Shown: positions 1 through 8,451 of the stretch, in pieces
How the letters are laid out: each line of letters opens with the position of its first letter
Numbering within the stretch: position 1 is the first letter of the stretch
NCBI GenBank assembly: GCA_022775385.1
Contig: JALFIV010000100.1
Location: 4,476 to 68,475, forward strand
Reading direction: 5' to 3'
DNA: 64,000 nt
Source: Clostridiales bacterium
GTDB taxonomy: Bacteria > Bacillota > Clostridia > Oscillospirales > Butyricicoccaceae
Position numbers and translations under genes: made by a program
The notes under the pieces: generated by a model
Told to the model about the DNA's origin: nothing
Seen by the model: the letters and a program-made list of their open reading frames with translations, nothing else
The model's database searches: none

Positions 1-118
1 CACGGAGCCAGCCCGCCGCATACAGACAGAGCATCGGCGGCGCCGCGACGGAAATACCGAGCTGCGTCAATAGTGCTAAATTCTCTGCACATTCTCGTAG
101 GATTTGCCGTTTATCCAT
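1..118 (-). CDS. Partial CDS (N-terminal 39 aa; the rest lies beyond coordinate 1), hypothetical small membrane protein MDKRQILRECAENLALLTQLGISVAAPPMLCLYAAGWL
   Basis: ATG at 118 is preceded by GGAGGAG. The frame is open to the window edge and has a hydrophobic segment. It is not in the ORF track because it is truncated. Confidence 0.35.
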   Translation of the reverse strand, partial: MDKRQILRECAENLALLTQLGISVAAPPMLCLYAAGWLR

Positions 119-175
119 AACCCATACTCCTCCAAGATCATGCAATGAGCTCTCACTCTATTTCAGGCTTTAATT

Positions 176-204
176 ATTATATCAAGAGATACCCAAAACT
201 TCAA
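176..204 (-). promoter_or_regulatory. Sigma-A-like promoter TTGAAG-N17-TATAAT for the partial gene at 1..118
   Basis: Minus-strand hexamers at 199-204 (-35) and 176-181 (-10), with a 17-nt spacer, about 55 nt upstream of the ATG. Confidence 0.5.
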
Positions 205-488
205 CTCTCAACCTTGCGTTTTCATGAAGTTCCCCTGCAGATTCTCCTGCTTTTTTATACATCTTGCAAAACGTTTGGAATATTTCCTCGTTTTTCCGGG
301 AAAATGCACCCAAAACTTCCCCATGTTCTGCAAGTTTCATTCCGAATTCCTGCATGTTCAATTTTTCACAAAACCAAACGATTTCTCATCTCTATTTTCC
401 ACAAAAAAAGCCGGCAAATTCCGCACCTCGGCGTGCATCAGAGGAATATTCCCGCGTTCCTCCCATCAGAATTCCTGCCGTCCGACGG

Positions 489-529
489 AGAAAAAACCGC
501 CGCTTCGGCAGTGTCTGCAAAAGCGGCGG
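489..529 (-). terminator. Rho-independent terminator downstream of pyrE
   Basis: Perfect 9-bp stem CCGCCGCTT/AAGCGGCGG (497-505 and 521-529), followed on the minus strand by TTTTTTCTCC. Confidence 0.6.
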
Positions 530-635
530 CGATATTCTCAAAAAAGAGCAGACAGCCTCCCGTACGGATACGGTTTCCACCCGGTCTCCGACGATAACCA
601 TCGCTATTTTGCTTTTTGTTCCGGACGGCGTTCCA

Positions 636-1298
636 TCAGAATACGCAGTACTTCTCCATGTAGGATTCCATCAGCGGCAGCAGCTCCTGATACGCTCCCT
701 GCTCCTTCAGGTACTCATGGATATCACGGACGTCAATCAGGGAGTGAACCTTGATTCCGAACTCCTCACCGACCTCCATCACCGCGGTCTTGCCCGGATT
801 CTGACCGATTTCACAGCGGTTTACCGAGATAAACATGTCGGTCACCTTGACATCGGCACAGCCATACAGCACCGGCAGGGTCTCGCGGATTGCGGTGCCT
901 GCGGTGATGACATCCTCGATGATGATGATGCGGTCGCCGTCTGCCGGCTTGTAGCCCACAATCGAGCCGCCCTCGCCGTGATCCTTCGCTTCCTTGCGGT
1001 TGAAGAAGAACGGCTTGTCGATGCCGTAATTGCGCGCCATCGCGCCGGCAACCGAGGTGGCAAGCGGAATGCCCTTGTACGCCGGACCAAACATGGCGTC
1101 AAACTGATCGCCGATGGTCTCCTTGACCATTGCCGCATAGAATTCGCCCAGCTTGGAGCTCTGCAGACCGGTCTTGTAGTTGCCGGTGTTGACAAAGTAC
1201 GGGGTGTTGCGTCCGCTCTTTGTCACAAAATCACCGAAGCGCAGTACCTCTGCACTCATCATAAATTCGATAAATTCCTTTTTTGCCTGTGTCAGCAT
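636..1298 (-). CDS. pyrE: Orotate phosphoribosyltransferase
   Basis: 220-aa ORF with the PRPP-binding motif DRIIIIEDVITAGTA. The overall sequence resembles Firmicutes PyrE. An AGGAAGGA RBS is present. Confidence 0.93.
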   Translation of the reverse strand: MLTQAKKEFIEFMMSAEVLRFGDFVTKSGRNTPYFVNTGNYKTGLQSSKLGEFYAAMVKETIGDQFDAMFGPAYKGIPLATSVAGAMARNYGIDKPFFFNRKEAKDHGEGGSIVGYKPADGDRIIIIEDVITAGTAIRETLPVLYGCADVKVTDMFISVNRCEIGQNPGKTAVMEVGEEFGIKVHSLIDVRDIHEYLKEQGAYQELLPLMESYMEKYCVF

Positions 1299-1365
1299 GG
1301 AAATCTTCCTTCCTGTGTTAGAGTATCTTCAGTATAGCAGAAAAACGGTTATGCGACAAGGAGAG

Positions 1366-1406
1366 AGAACAAAATCGGCCGGCAGGACTGCTCCTGCCGG
1401 CCGATT
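1366..1406 (-). terminator. Rho-independent terminator of rpiA, followed by the pyrE promoter TTGTCG-N17-TATACT
   Basis: 14-bp stem AATCGGCCGGCAGG/CCTGCCGGCCGATT, followed by TTTTGTT on the minus strand. Confidence 0.7.
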
Positions 1407-1420
1407 CGCTGTGATGCCGA

Positions 1421-2110
1421 TTACTTGTTCGGATTCTTGATGGTTGTGATGCCGTCCTCACCGGCGGAAATGATGATATCCGTGCGGTTGAGGAAGAAAC
1501 CGGTCTCCAGAACACCGAGAGTTCCCTTGAGAAACGCCTCCATTGCGGCATAGTCCTTGCCGAACTTGGTGTTGGTATACTTGGTATCCAGAATGTAGTT
1601 GTGGTTGTTGGTCTCGTAGATGGAACCGTCCTTGTTCATGCGGAGCGTCGGCTCAAAACCAGCCTCCTCCATCTTCTTGACAACGTGCTTGTAGCCGAAC
1701 GGCAGAACCTCAACCGGAAGGCCGAAATCGCCGATCTCGTCAACCAGCTTTGCGCTGTGGCAGACCCAGATATTGAACTTGGCGCTGCTCGCAACAATCT
1801 TCTCGCGGAACAGCGCGCCGCCGCCGCCCTTGATGCCGTTGAACTGCGGGTCAACCTCGTCGACGCCGTCGATGCAGATATCGAGTACCGGTGCATCATT
1901 GGTATCCAACAGCGGGATGCCGAGGCTCTTTGCCTGCTCGGTGGACGCGTCCGATGTGGAAACGCACTGAATCTTCAGTCCCTCTTCCTTGACGCGCTGT
2001 CCAAGCTTCTCAATCAGATAATATGCGGTAGAACCGGTGCCGATACCGACCAGCATGCCGTCCTTAACATACTTCGCAGCTTCATAACCTGCCATCTGCT
2101 TCTCATTCAT
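1421..2110 (-). CDS. rpiA: Ribose-5-phosphate isomerase A
   Basis: Contains VGIGTGSTAYY, DGVDEVD and KGGGGALFREK motifs. I chose the ATG at 2110 (7 nt after GAGGTGA). The ORF-track start is 2116. Confidence 0.93.
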   Translation of the reverse strand: MNEKQMAGYEAAKYVKDGMLVGIGTGSTAYYLIEKLGQRVKEEGLKIQCVSTSDASTEQAKSLGIPLLDTNDAPVLDICIDGVDEVDPQFNGIKGGGGALFREKIVASSAKFNIWVCHSAKLVDEIGDFGLPVEVLPFGYKHVVKKMEEAGFEPTLRMNKDGSIYETNNHNYILDTKYTNTKFGKDYAAMEAFLKGTLGVLETGFFLNRTDIIISAGEDGITTIKNPNK

Positions 2111-2286
2111 GTTCATTCACCTCATCATGATATTGGTTCACTGTCGCGTGAAACGCCCTTATAGTAGTATTGTAATACACGATCTGCCGCCATGCAAGTT
2201 TTTTCCTCCCGGATTCTCGTCATTCCTCTGGGTTTTCCGTCGCACCTGTGTTATACTGGTAAAAAGCATCTGTGAGGTGATTGCGC

Positions 2287-3192
2287 ATGGATCATGTTTT
2301 CCTTCTGAATCCGACGGCAGGCAGCGGCCGTATGATTCCTCAGCTGGTTCCCCGCATCCGCGCCGCGTCCAAACAGACCGGTATTTCTTATACCCTGTAT
2401 GAAACCCGCTTCCCCGGCGATGCCGCGCGCCTGGTCTCCCGCTGTGCGCAGACCGGCCGGCGTTTCCGCTTCTATGCCTGCGGCGGAGACGGGACGCTCA
2501 ACGAGGCGGTCCGCGGCGCCATCCATCAGAAAAATATCGAGATCGCCTGCGTCCCCTGCGGCACCGGCAATGACTTTGTGCGCAATCTCGGTGGACACGC
2601 CCGCTTCCTTGATCTGGCCGCTCAGATGCGCGGCCACGCTGTCCCGGTCGATGTGATCGTTTCGCACACAGGCGAGGTTGCGATCAACGGTGTCAACATC
2701 GGTCTGGACTGCAACATCGCCGACGGTGCCCAGCTGAAGAAAAATCTCCCGCTGGTCTCCGGCACCTTTGCCTATCTGCTGTCCATCGCCGATGAGCTGC
2801 GCCGTCCGCTCGGCCAGACCATGGCGATTTCCACCGACGACGGCGAGATGCAGGTCGGCAAATTCCTGCTGTGTGCCATCGGCAACGGCGGATACTGCGG
2901 TGGCGGATTCCGCGCACTCCCCAACGCCGATGTGACCGACGGAAAGCTGGACCTATCCTCCATCCGCATGCTGCCCCGGCGCGAGCTTCTGCCGCTCCTC
3001 CCGGATTACCATGCCGGCACACATATGAAAAACCCGACTGCACAGAAGTACATCCGGCAGAAAGTCTGCCGCCGCGTCCATATCCGCACACCGGAACCGG
3101 TGCGCGTCAGTTTCGACGGCGAGATCATCCGCACCAGCTCCCTCCGCCTGCGGATTGAACCGGGCGCCGTGCAGTTCTGTATTCCATGCTGA
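2287..3192 (+). CDS. Diacylglycerol kinase family lipid kinase (YegS/DagK-like)
   Basis: Contains the GGDGTLNE motif and the CVPCGTGNDF motif. The ATG at 2287 follows a GAGGTGA RBS. Confidence 0.85.
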   Translation: MDHVFLLNPTAGSGRMIPQLVPRIRAASKQTGISYTLYETRFPGDAARLVSRCAQTGRRFRFYACGGDGTLNEAVRGAIHQKNIEIACVPCGTGNDFVRNLGGHARFLDLAAQMRGHAVPVDVIVSHTGEVAINGVNIGLDCNIADGAQLKKNLPLVSGTFAYLLSIADELRRPLGQTMAISTDDGEMQVGKFLLCAIGNGGYCGGGFRALPNADVTDGKLDLSSIRMLPRRELLPLLPDYHAGTHMKNPTAQKYIRQKVCRRVHIRTPEPVRVSFDGEIIRTSSLRLRIEPGAVQFCIPC

Positions 3193-3200
3193 AAAGCAAA

Positions 3201-3237
3201 AGAACGGTATGAATCTGCTCATACCGTTCTTTTTTTC
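3201..3237. terminator. Bidirectional intrinsic terminator between convergent genes
   Basis: 12-bp stem AGAACGGTATGA/TCATACCGTTCT, flanked by an A-run upstream and a T7 run downstream. Confidence 0.7.
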
Positions 3238-4359
3238 TTACTTTGTCACAACCGGCTTTGCTGCCGACCATGCCGAGAAGCACCGCTCGCCGTCCACGAA
3301 CTTAAAGGTACGGACACGGACATAATAGGTGGTTTTTCTCTGCAGTCCGGAGATCTTGACCGAAGTCGTATTCGCACTCTTGATGATCTTATTACTGCGA
3401 CCTGTCGCAAAGTTCTGATCGAGCGCATACTGAACATGATATCCCGAAGTCTGCATGGTCTTTTTGCTCCACTGAATGCGGAATGCCCGTGCCGACGGAA
3501 GCAGCTTGCGGATGCTCGTCGCGTTCGGGCGGATGGTAAACTGCGCCGTCTGTGAGCCGGTATATTTGTCGCCCTTTGCCGTCACCATGACTGTGTGTAC
3601 GCCGACAGACTTGCGTCCGGTCGGATAGGAGACCGTGTAATTACCCGCGGGCACCTTCTTTCCCGCAGAATCCTTGACCGTCACCTTGGGATTTTTATTC
3701 TTTCCGCTGTACGTATAGGTCGATGTAGACAACTGAACCTTACAGGTGGAGAGAGAAATCTTCGCAGGCGAATCTTCATCCGCGATATCCACCATTCCGT
3801 TCGATTTGTACTGCGGCCAGTATGTATTCTTGGCGAGATTGCCGCGGTATACCGAAACCGCTGCCCGGTTTGCCGGAATCTCAAAGTAGTAGCACCAATA
3901 GTGTCCCGCCTGATAGGCGCCCTCGGCCGTATTCGGCACCGAACGCAGGTAATTGTAAACGCGGGGATAATAGCGCTCCAGCTCATAGACCAGATAGTTC
4001 AGCTGACCGTTCAGCGTATGGTAATCCGTCGGACGGCACTGCTTGAGACGGGTAAAGCGGCTGCCGTTCCACTGGCAGATGCCGTAGCTGTACAGATTAT
4101 TGGTATCCAGCACCTTGTCGCCCGGATTAAAACTGGATTCGCACTGGATATTCGCCATAATACCGCAGACGGCCGCATTGTTGAAGCCCGCCTTGCGCAG
4201 GAATTGATATACCGTCGCTTTGTTTCCACTGGTGCTGCTCGTGCGCACCGTGACCGTCTGTGCTGCTGTCGGTGTCTGACTTTCGGCAGCGAGCGCCGCG
4301 CCGGACTGCACCATGATGGCGCCCGTCAGCAGCAGTGCAAAAACACGTTTCAGTCTCAT
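3238..4359 (-). CDS. Secreted phage-tail-lysozyme-like (cell wall hydrolase) domain protein with Ig-like and Fn3-like C-terminal domains
   Basis: Signal peptide MRLKRVFALLLTGAIMVQSGAALA. The segment AAVCGIMANIQCESSFNP...YGICQWNGSR resembles the phage tail lysozyme family. The C-terminal beta-rich repeats look like Fn3. Confidence 0.7.
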   Translation of the reverse strand: MRLKRVFALLLTGAIMVQSGAALAAESQTPTAAQTVTVRTSSTSGNKATVYQFLRKAGFNNAAVCGIMANIQCESSFNPGDKVLDTNNLYSYGICQWNGSRFTRLKQCRPTDYHTLNGQLNYLVYELERYYPRVYNYLRSVPNTAEGAYQAGHYWCYYFEIPANRAAVSVYRGNLAKNTYWPQYKSNGMVDIADEDSPAKISLSTCKVQLSTSTYTYSGKNKNPKVTVKDSAGKKVPAGNYTVSYPTGRKSVGVHTVMVTAKGDKYTGSQTAQFTIRPNATSIRKLLPSARAFRIQWSKKTMQTSGYHVQYALDQNFATGRSNKIIKSANTTSVKISGLQRKTTYYVRVRTFKFVDGERCFSAWSAAKPVVTK

Positions 4360-4412
4360 GCCTGTCCTTCCTTTTCCTCAGAGTTGGTTTTACAAATTGT
4401 CATCAGTTTGTC

Positions 4413-4472
4413 ACCGTTTTGTTATCAACTTCAGTATACCATCCGGGGCCGTATTTTGCAACCGTTTTGTTA
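4413..4472 (-). promoter_or_regulatory. Promoter TTGCAA-N17-TATACT flanked by two identical 12-nt direct repeats (TAACAAAACGGT)
   Basis: The -35 lies at 4456-4461 and the -10 at 4433-4438 on the minus strand. ACCGTTTTGTTA occurs at 4413-4424 and at 4461-4472. Confidence 0.45.
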
Positions 4473-5414
4473 CAAAAAGCCAACACTGCGCAGAAGGAAA
4501 ATCCAGAACGTCAGTGTCACCGAGGAAAGCAGGGTAGTCAGCACGATGATGCTGGAGGTCAGTTCTCCGTCGTTATCCATATTCTTCGCCATGATGTAGC
4601 AGGACACCGTGGTCGGAGAGCCGACCATGATGAGAATCGCAATCATCTCCGCGCCGGCAAGCCCGCACGCAATCGCAATCGGAAGAAAAACTGCCGGCAG
4701 AATCACCAGTTTGATGAGAGAGGCAATGACCGTCGGCTTGATTTTGGACAGCGCCTTTCTCCCCTCGAAGCCCGCACCTACCACCAATAACGCAATCGGC
4801 GTCGCCGTATTGGAGATGCTTGTGATGGTCTTGAGCGGAATGGTCGGAATGGATATGCCGAGCAGGGAGAACGGCAGTCCGGCGAGGATGCCGAGAATGA
4901 TCGGATTCTTGAGCACGTTGATGCAGGCCGCGCGGATGGCGCCCCCGCCCCTCTCGCGGTGCTGTGCGGAGAAGGTCAGGATGATCACTGAGTAGATGTT
5001 GAACAGCGGAACTGCCGCGACAATCATCATCGGCGTGAGACCCGCATTGCCGTAGATATTCTCCACAAACGCGATGCCGAGCACCGCCGCACTGCTTCGA
5101 GCTGCCGCCTGAGAAAACGCACCGACCAGACTCTTGTCCGGCATCAGCCACGCGGTCAGCGCCCAGATGCCCAGAAACATCACGGTCGTGACGATCATGC
5201 AGTACAGAACAAACGTCAGATTAAAATCCGTCCGCAGGTCAGTCTCCGCAATATCCTTGAACAGCAGGAGAGGCAGCGCAACCTTGAACACATATTTGTT
5301 TGCCACCGCGCAGAATGACTCATTGAGCATCCCGATGCGGCGGAGAAAATATCCGACCACCATGACCAGAAATACCGGCATGGTGGCTTCCAGACTAAAG
5401 ATAAAATTATCCAT
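4470..5414 (-). CDS. AEC (auxin efflux carrier) family transporter
   Basis: 314-aa polytopic membrane ORF with an N-terminus typical of the AEC/malate permease family. It overlaps the upstream EamA gene by 8 nt. Confidence 0.85.
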   Translation of the reverse strand: MDNFIFSLEATMPVFLVMVVGYFLRRIGMLNESFCAVANKYVFKVALPLLLFKDIAETDLRTDFNLTFVLYCMIVTTVMFLGIWALTAWLMPDKSLVGAFSQAAARSSAAVLGIAFVENIYGNAGLTPMMIVAAVPLFNIYSVIILTFSAQHRERGGGAIRAACINVLKNPIILGILAGLPFSLLGISIPTIPLKTITSISNTATPIALLVVGAGFEGRKALSKIKPTVIASLIKLVILPAVFLPIAIACGLAGAEMIAILIMVGSPTTVSCYIMAKNMDNDGELTSSIIVLTTLLSSVTLTFWIFLLRSVGFL

Positions 5415-6300
5415 GCTGTGTCCTCCCGATGCGCGCCGGTGTGTTCATCAGCACAATCGCTGTCAGCACCAGCAGAATACCGAGCGCGGTCGACGGCGAA
5501 AACGAATCGCCGAACACCGCAATTCCCGTGACCGTTCCCACAAGCGGCTCCGCTGTCGCAAGAACGGCCGCACGTCCCGCCGGAATCCCCTTCAGGCCGG
5601 AGGTATAGCACAGGAACGGGAGCACCGTACAAAACAGTGCCAATCCGACACCGACCAGCAGGGTCTGCGGATGTGACGATACGACGGACACACAGTTTGA
5701 TGCCGAAAACGGCAGTGTCGCGGCGGCCGCAACCGCAAATGTGTAGAATGTAACGGTCTCCGTCGAATAGCGGGCGAGTGCTTTTTTCCCAAAGATACTG
5801 TACAGTCCATAAAACAACCCCGAGCCAAGACCGGTGAGCAGATAGATCAGCGGCAGATGCTGTGCTTCGGAGAACACACCGGTGACGCAGGCACAGCCGA
5901 ACACGGTCATCACGAGCGCCGTCAGCTTGCGCCGCGTGAGCGGCTCGCCGAACAGCAGACGCGCAAACAGCATGACAAACACCGGCGAAGTATACAGCAG
6001 CAGGACCGAGACCGCCACGCTCGCATGCTGCAGCGTCACAAAATAACAGTAATTGAACAGCGCGATGCTGACAACGCCGGTGCCGAGAAACATCCAGCAG
6101 TCGCGCAGGCGGATTTTTAGCAGTCCGGGATTTCGGATCGCAAGCCAGATGCCGAGTATCAGCGCCGCAAGCACATTGCGGAAGCAGACAATCGGCAGGG
6201 ACTGCATGCCGCAGTCGGACAACATATGGACAAACAGGGAGATCAATCCCCACAGGGTGCCCGCCGCGAGCACCAAAAACGCAGATTTTCGTTCCTGCAT
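5407..6300 (-). CDS. EamA/DMT family transporter
   Basis: 297-aa ORF with about 10 predicted TM segments and the duplicated EamA-like architecture. Confidence 0.85.
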   Translation of the reverse strand: MQERKSAFLVLAAGTLWGLISLFVHMLSDCGMQSLPIVCFRNVLAALILGIWLAIRNPGLLKIRLRDCWMFLGTGVVSIALFNYCYFVTLQHASVAVSVLLLYTSPVFVMLFARLLFGEPLTRRKLTALVMTVFGCACVTGVFSEAQHLPLIYLLTGLGSGLFYGLYSIFGKKALARYSTETVTFYTFAVAAAATLPFSASNCVSVVSSHPQTLLVGVGLALFCTVLPFLCYTSGLKGIPAGRAAVLATAEPLVGTVTGIAVFGDSFSPSTALGILLVLTAIVLMNTPARIGRTQHG

Positions 6301-6353
6301 GTTTTCAACTCCTTATCGAGTTTGTATTATATCAGAAATCCGATGGGGTGTAC

Positions 6354-6390
6354 AGAAAAAACCGGTCAGACCCATGGTCTGACCGGTTTG
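6354..6390 (-). terminator. Intrinsic terminator after the small acidic-tail gene
   Basis: 12-bp stem ACCGGTCAGACC/GGTCTGACCGGT, followed by TTTTTTCTG on the minus strand. Confidence 0.7.
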
Positions 6391-6403
6391 CTTATGGTCT
6401 TGA

Positions 6404-6649
6404 TCAGAACGGCACGACATCATCGTCGTCATCGTCCGGCGTCTCAAAGTCCGGCTCGAAATCATCCTCATCGAGATACTCTTCCTCGTCGAACTCATCG
6501 TCAAATCCCTGATTCATCAGATTGGAGCCGCGGTTGTTGCTGCCGATGGATATCCGAACGCCCTGCTTGATCGGGGAAATCAGGAAACCAATCACCATTC
6601 CCAGGCAAAGCATTGCCATTCCGCGGAAAAAACTGTTCCATTTGCTCAT
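6404..6649 (-). CDS. Small membrane protein (81 aa) with an extremely acidic C-terminal tail
   Basis: GGAGGAA lies 6 nt upstream of the ATG at 6649. There is one TM segment (MAMLCLGMVIGFLISP). The tail reads DDEFDEEEYLDEDDFEPDFETPDDDDDDVVPF. The gene has its own terminator. Confidence 0.55.
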   Translation of the reverse strand: MSKWNSFFRGMAMLCLGMVIGFLISPIKQGVRISIGSNNRGSNLMNQGFDDEFDEEEYLDEDDFEPDFETPDDDDDDVVPF

Positions 6650-6736
6650 TCTGCATTCCTCCATCCGGCGGCATCCGCCGCTGTATTTGATAGTATCAGC
6701 ATACCATATTTTTGGTCCGCCGTCCAGCGTCCGCCT

Positions 6737-7228
6737 TTATTCCATCTCCTCCGACATATTCTGAAAACAATAATTCAGATAGATGATGTGCGACAGCGCG
6801 ATAATCACACTGCGCAGCGTCCGCTTGGCAAACGGCATCTCCGCGTCCACCGTCTCCGGCACCGGTACGGATTGAAAGGTCGCCGCAAGCCGATCCTCCA
6901 GCTCCTGACAGAAATAATCATACGCAATTTGCCCCGGATAGGTCTTTTTCTGCAGGGCAAACAGCGCCGCGATGTTCTCCATCGACAGGGTCTGCTTCGC
7001 CAGCGCGAGAAACAGCAGGTACGCGATCTGCTCGGCATAATACTGTTTTTTGATCGGCCGGTCGACGTATCCCTTCTTGACGTAATTGCTCACCATCGAC
7101 GCCGTAACCGCGATGTCCAGCGGCGCGAGACAGCTGTTGATATATTTGATTGTCTGTTCCAGATAGAGTCCCACATCCGGAATCTCATGATACCGCGGCA
7201 TGCGGAACTCCTGCATTCGGTTATCCAT
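6737..7228 (-). CDS. DUF1836 domain-containing protein
   Basis: 163-aa ORF. The segment YHEIPDVGLYLEQTIKYIN...MVSNYVKKGYVDRP matches my recollection of the DUF1836 family. It is divergent from degV, the usual arrangement. Confidence 0.8.
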   Translation of the reverse strand: MDNRMQEFRMPRYHEIPDVGLYLEQTIKYINSCLAPLDIAVTASMVSNYVKKGYVDRPIKKQYYAEQIAYLLFLALAKQTLSMENIAALFALQKKTYPGQIAYDYFCQELEDRLAATFQSVPVPETVDAEMPFAKRTLRSVIIALSHIIYLNYCFQNMSEEME

Positions 7229-7295
7229 ATCCTTCGCTCCTTTCTTATTAGTATATATCGGTTTTCAAAAAACTTCAATACCGGTTTTTTATACC

Positions 7296-7323
7296 TTGAC
7301 TTTTTTCTCATCCCGTGTATAAT
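7296..7323 (+). promoter_or_regulatory. Sigma-A-like promoter TTGACT-N16-TATAAT for degV
   Basis: Hexamers at 7296-7301 and 7318-7323. The pair is bracketed by the inverted repeat ATCGGTTTT (7257-7265) / AAAACCGAT (7344-7352). Confidence 0.55.
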
Positions 7324-7398
7324 ATCCTTTGATAGGTTTTTAAAAAACCGATAACAAGATTTATTATATCTCATTTGTTCATTGTGAAAGGAGACCCT

Positions 7399-8235
7399 AT
7401 GCGTTATCCCTATAAAATTGTCGCGGATTCCTCCGCAAACATCTCCACCCTGAGCCGCGTGGAATTTGCCTCCGCGCCGCTCCACATTCTGGTGGGCGAT
7501 CAGGAATTTGTCGATGTTCCTTCTACCGACCTGACCGCCATGCAGGCGGCGCTGGACGCCCACAATGGTCCCTCCTCCACCACCTGCCCCAATCCGGGCA
7601 CGTGGAAGGCCGCATTCGGCGATGCCGAGACGATTTTCTGCGTCACGCTGACCAGCAAGCTGTCCGGCACCTATGACACGGCGAATATCGCCAAGCAGAT
7701 GTATGAAAAGGAGCATCCAGGACGGAAGGTCTATGTCTACGACACCCTCTCCACCGGACCGGAGATGGTTCTGCTCATCGAAAAAATCCGCGAGATGATC
7801 CTCGCGGGTGCATCCGCCGAGGAAATTGACCGAGCCGCCCACAACTATATGCATCACACCCATCTGCTGTTCTCGCTGGCATCCATCGACAATCTCGCCA
7901 AAAACGGCCGGATGAACCGTGTGGTCGCCAAGGGAATCAGTCTGCTCGGCATCCGCGTTGTCGGCACGGCAAACGAAGTCGGTGCGCTGGAGATGCTGGA
8001 CAAGTGCCGCGGCGATCAGCGGGCGATCATCTGTATGATCGAGCACATGAAAAAGCGCGGATATTCCGGCGGACGAGTCATCATCGCACACAACGGCAAT
8101 CAGCCGGCGGCGGAGGCGCTCAGAAAGCAGATTAAGAAGGCATTCGGTGCGGTTCGCTGCGACATTCATCCGACGCGCGGTCTGTGCAGCTACTATGCGG
8201 AGCCGCAGTCCCTGCTGCTCGGATTCGAAAGCTGA
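7399..8235 (+). CDS. DegV family fatty-acid-binding protein
   Basis: MRYPYKIVADSSANI start after an AAAGGAGA RBS. Length and sequence are typical of DegV/EDD-fold proteins. Confidence 0.9.
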   Translation: MRYPYKIVADSSANISTLSRVEFASAPLHILVGDQEFVDVPSTDLTAMQAALDAHNGPSSTTCPNPGTWKAAFGDAETIFCVTLTSKLSGTYDTANIAKQMYEKEHPGRKVYVYDTLSTGPEMVLLIEKIREMILAGASAEEIDRAAHNYMHHTHLLFSLASIDNLAKNGRMNRVVAKGISLLGIRVVGTANEVGALEMLDKCRGDQRAIICMIEHMKKRGYSGGRVIIAHNGNQPAAEALRKQIKKAFGAVRCDIHPTRGLCSYYAEPQSLLLGFES

Positions 8236-8280
8236 ACAAAAAAGAAATTCCGACCTGCTCCATCGGCAAATCGGAATTTC
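8236..8280 (-). terminator. Minus-strand intrinsic terminator abutting the degV stop codon
   Basis: Perfect 10-bp stem GAAATTCCGA/TCGGAATTTC (8244-8253 and 8271-8280), followed on the minus strand by TTTTTTGTT. Confidence 0.55.
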
Positions 8281-8321
8281 TCCCGCAGCGCTTCCAAACG
8301 GAAGTCCTGCTGACTGCGGCA

Positions 8322-8343
8322 TGGGAGGCACAGGAATCGAACC
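8322..8343 (-). other. tRNA 3'-end-like fragment (T-loop plus 3' acceptor strand): GGTTCGATTCCTGTGCCTCCCA
   Basis: The minus strand reads a canonical GGTTCGATTCC T-loop signature, then CCTGT, GCCTCCC and A. The 5' T-stem and 5' acceptor partners are absent, so no cloverleaf forms. Confidence 0.4.
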
Positions 8344-8405
8344 GTTCGGTTTATTCATCTTCCCTGCCGCATCTGCGTCTTCCCGACGCGGCTGTTTGAT
8401 TTCTG

Positions 8406-8440
8406 CTCCACCCGTAGGATATGCGGGCGGAGCGTTTTTT
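8406..8440 (+). terminator. Plus-strand intrinsic terminator (likely the true degV terminator)
   Basis: Stem CTCCACCCG/CGGGCGGAG (8 of 9 bp), followed by CG and a T6 run at 8435-8440. Confidence 0.5.
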
Positions 8441-8451
8441 ATTCGGCAGAC

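Noticed and set aside
145-754. Plus-strand ORFs (145..597, 224..754, 264..1337) in and beyond the first intergenic region.
   Set aside because: They begin in AT-rich promoter DNA, cross the pyrE terminator and then run antisense to pyrE. They have no RBS and no family resemblance.
8290-8425. A possible complete tRNA, or a long-arm tRNA-Sec-like gene, around the GGTTCGATTCC motif.
   Set aside because: The 5' T-stem (AAC against TGT) gives only 3 of 5 pairs, 2 of them contiguous. There is no GGGAGGC 5' acceptor strand and no credible D-arm or anticodon loop. Only the 3' ~22 nt look tRNA-derived, so I report it as a relic rather than a tRNA gene.
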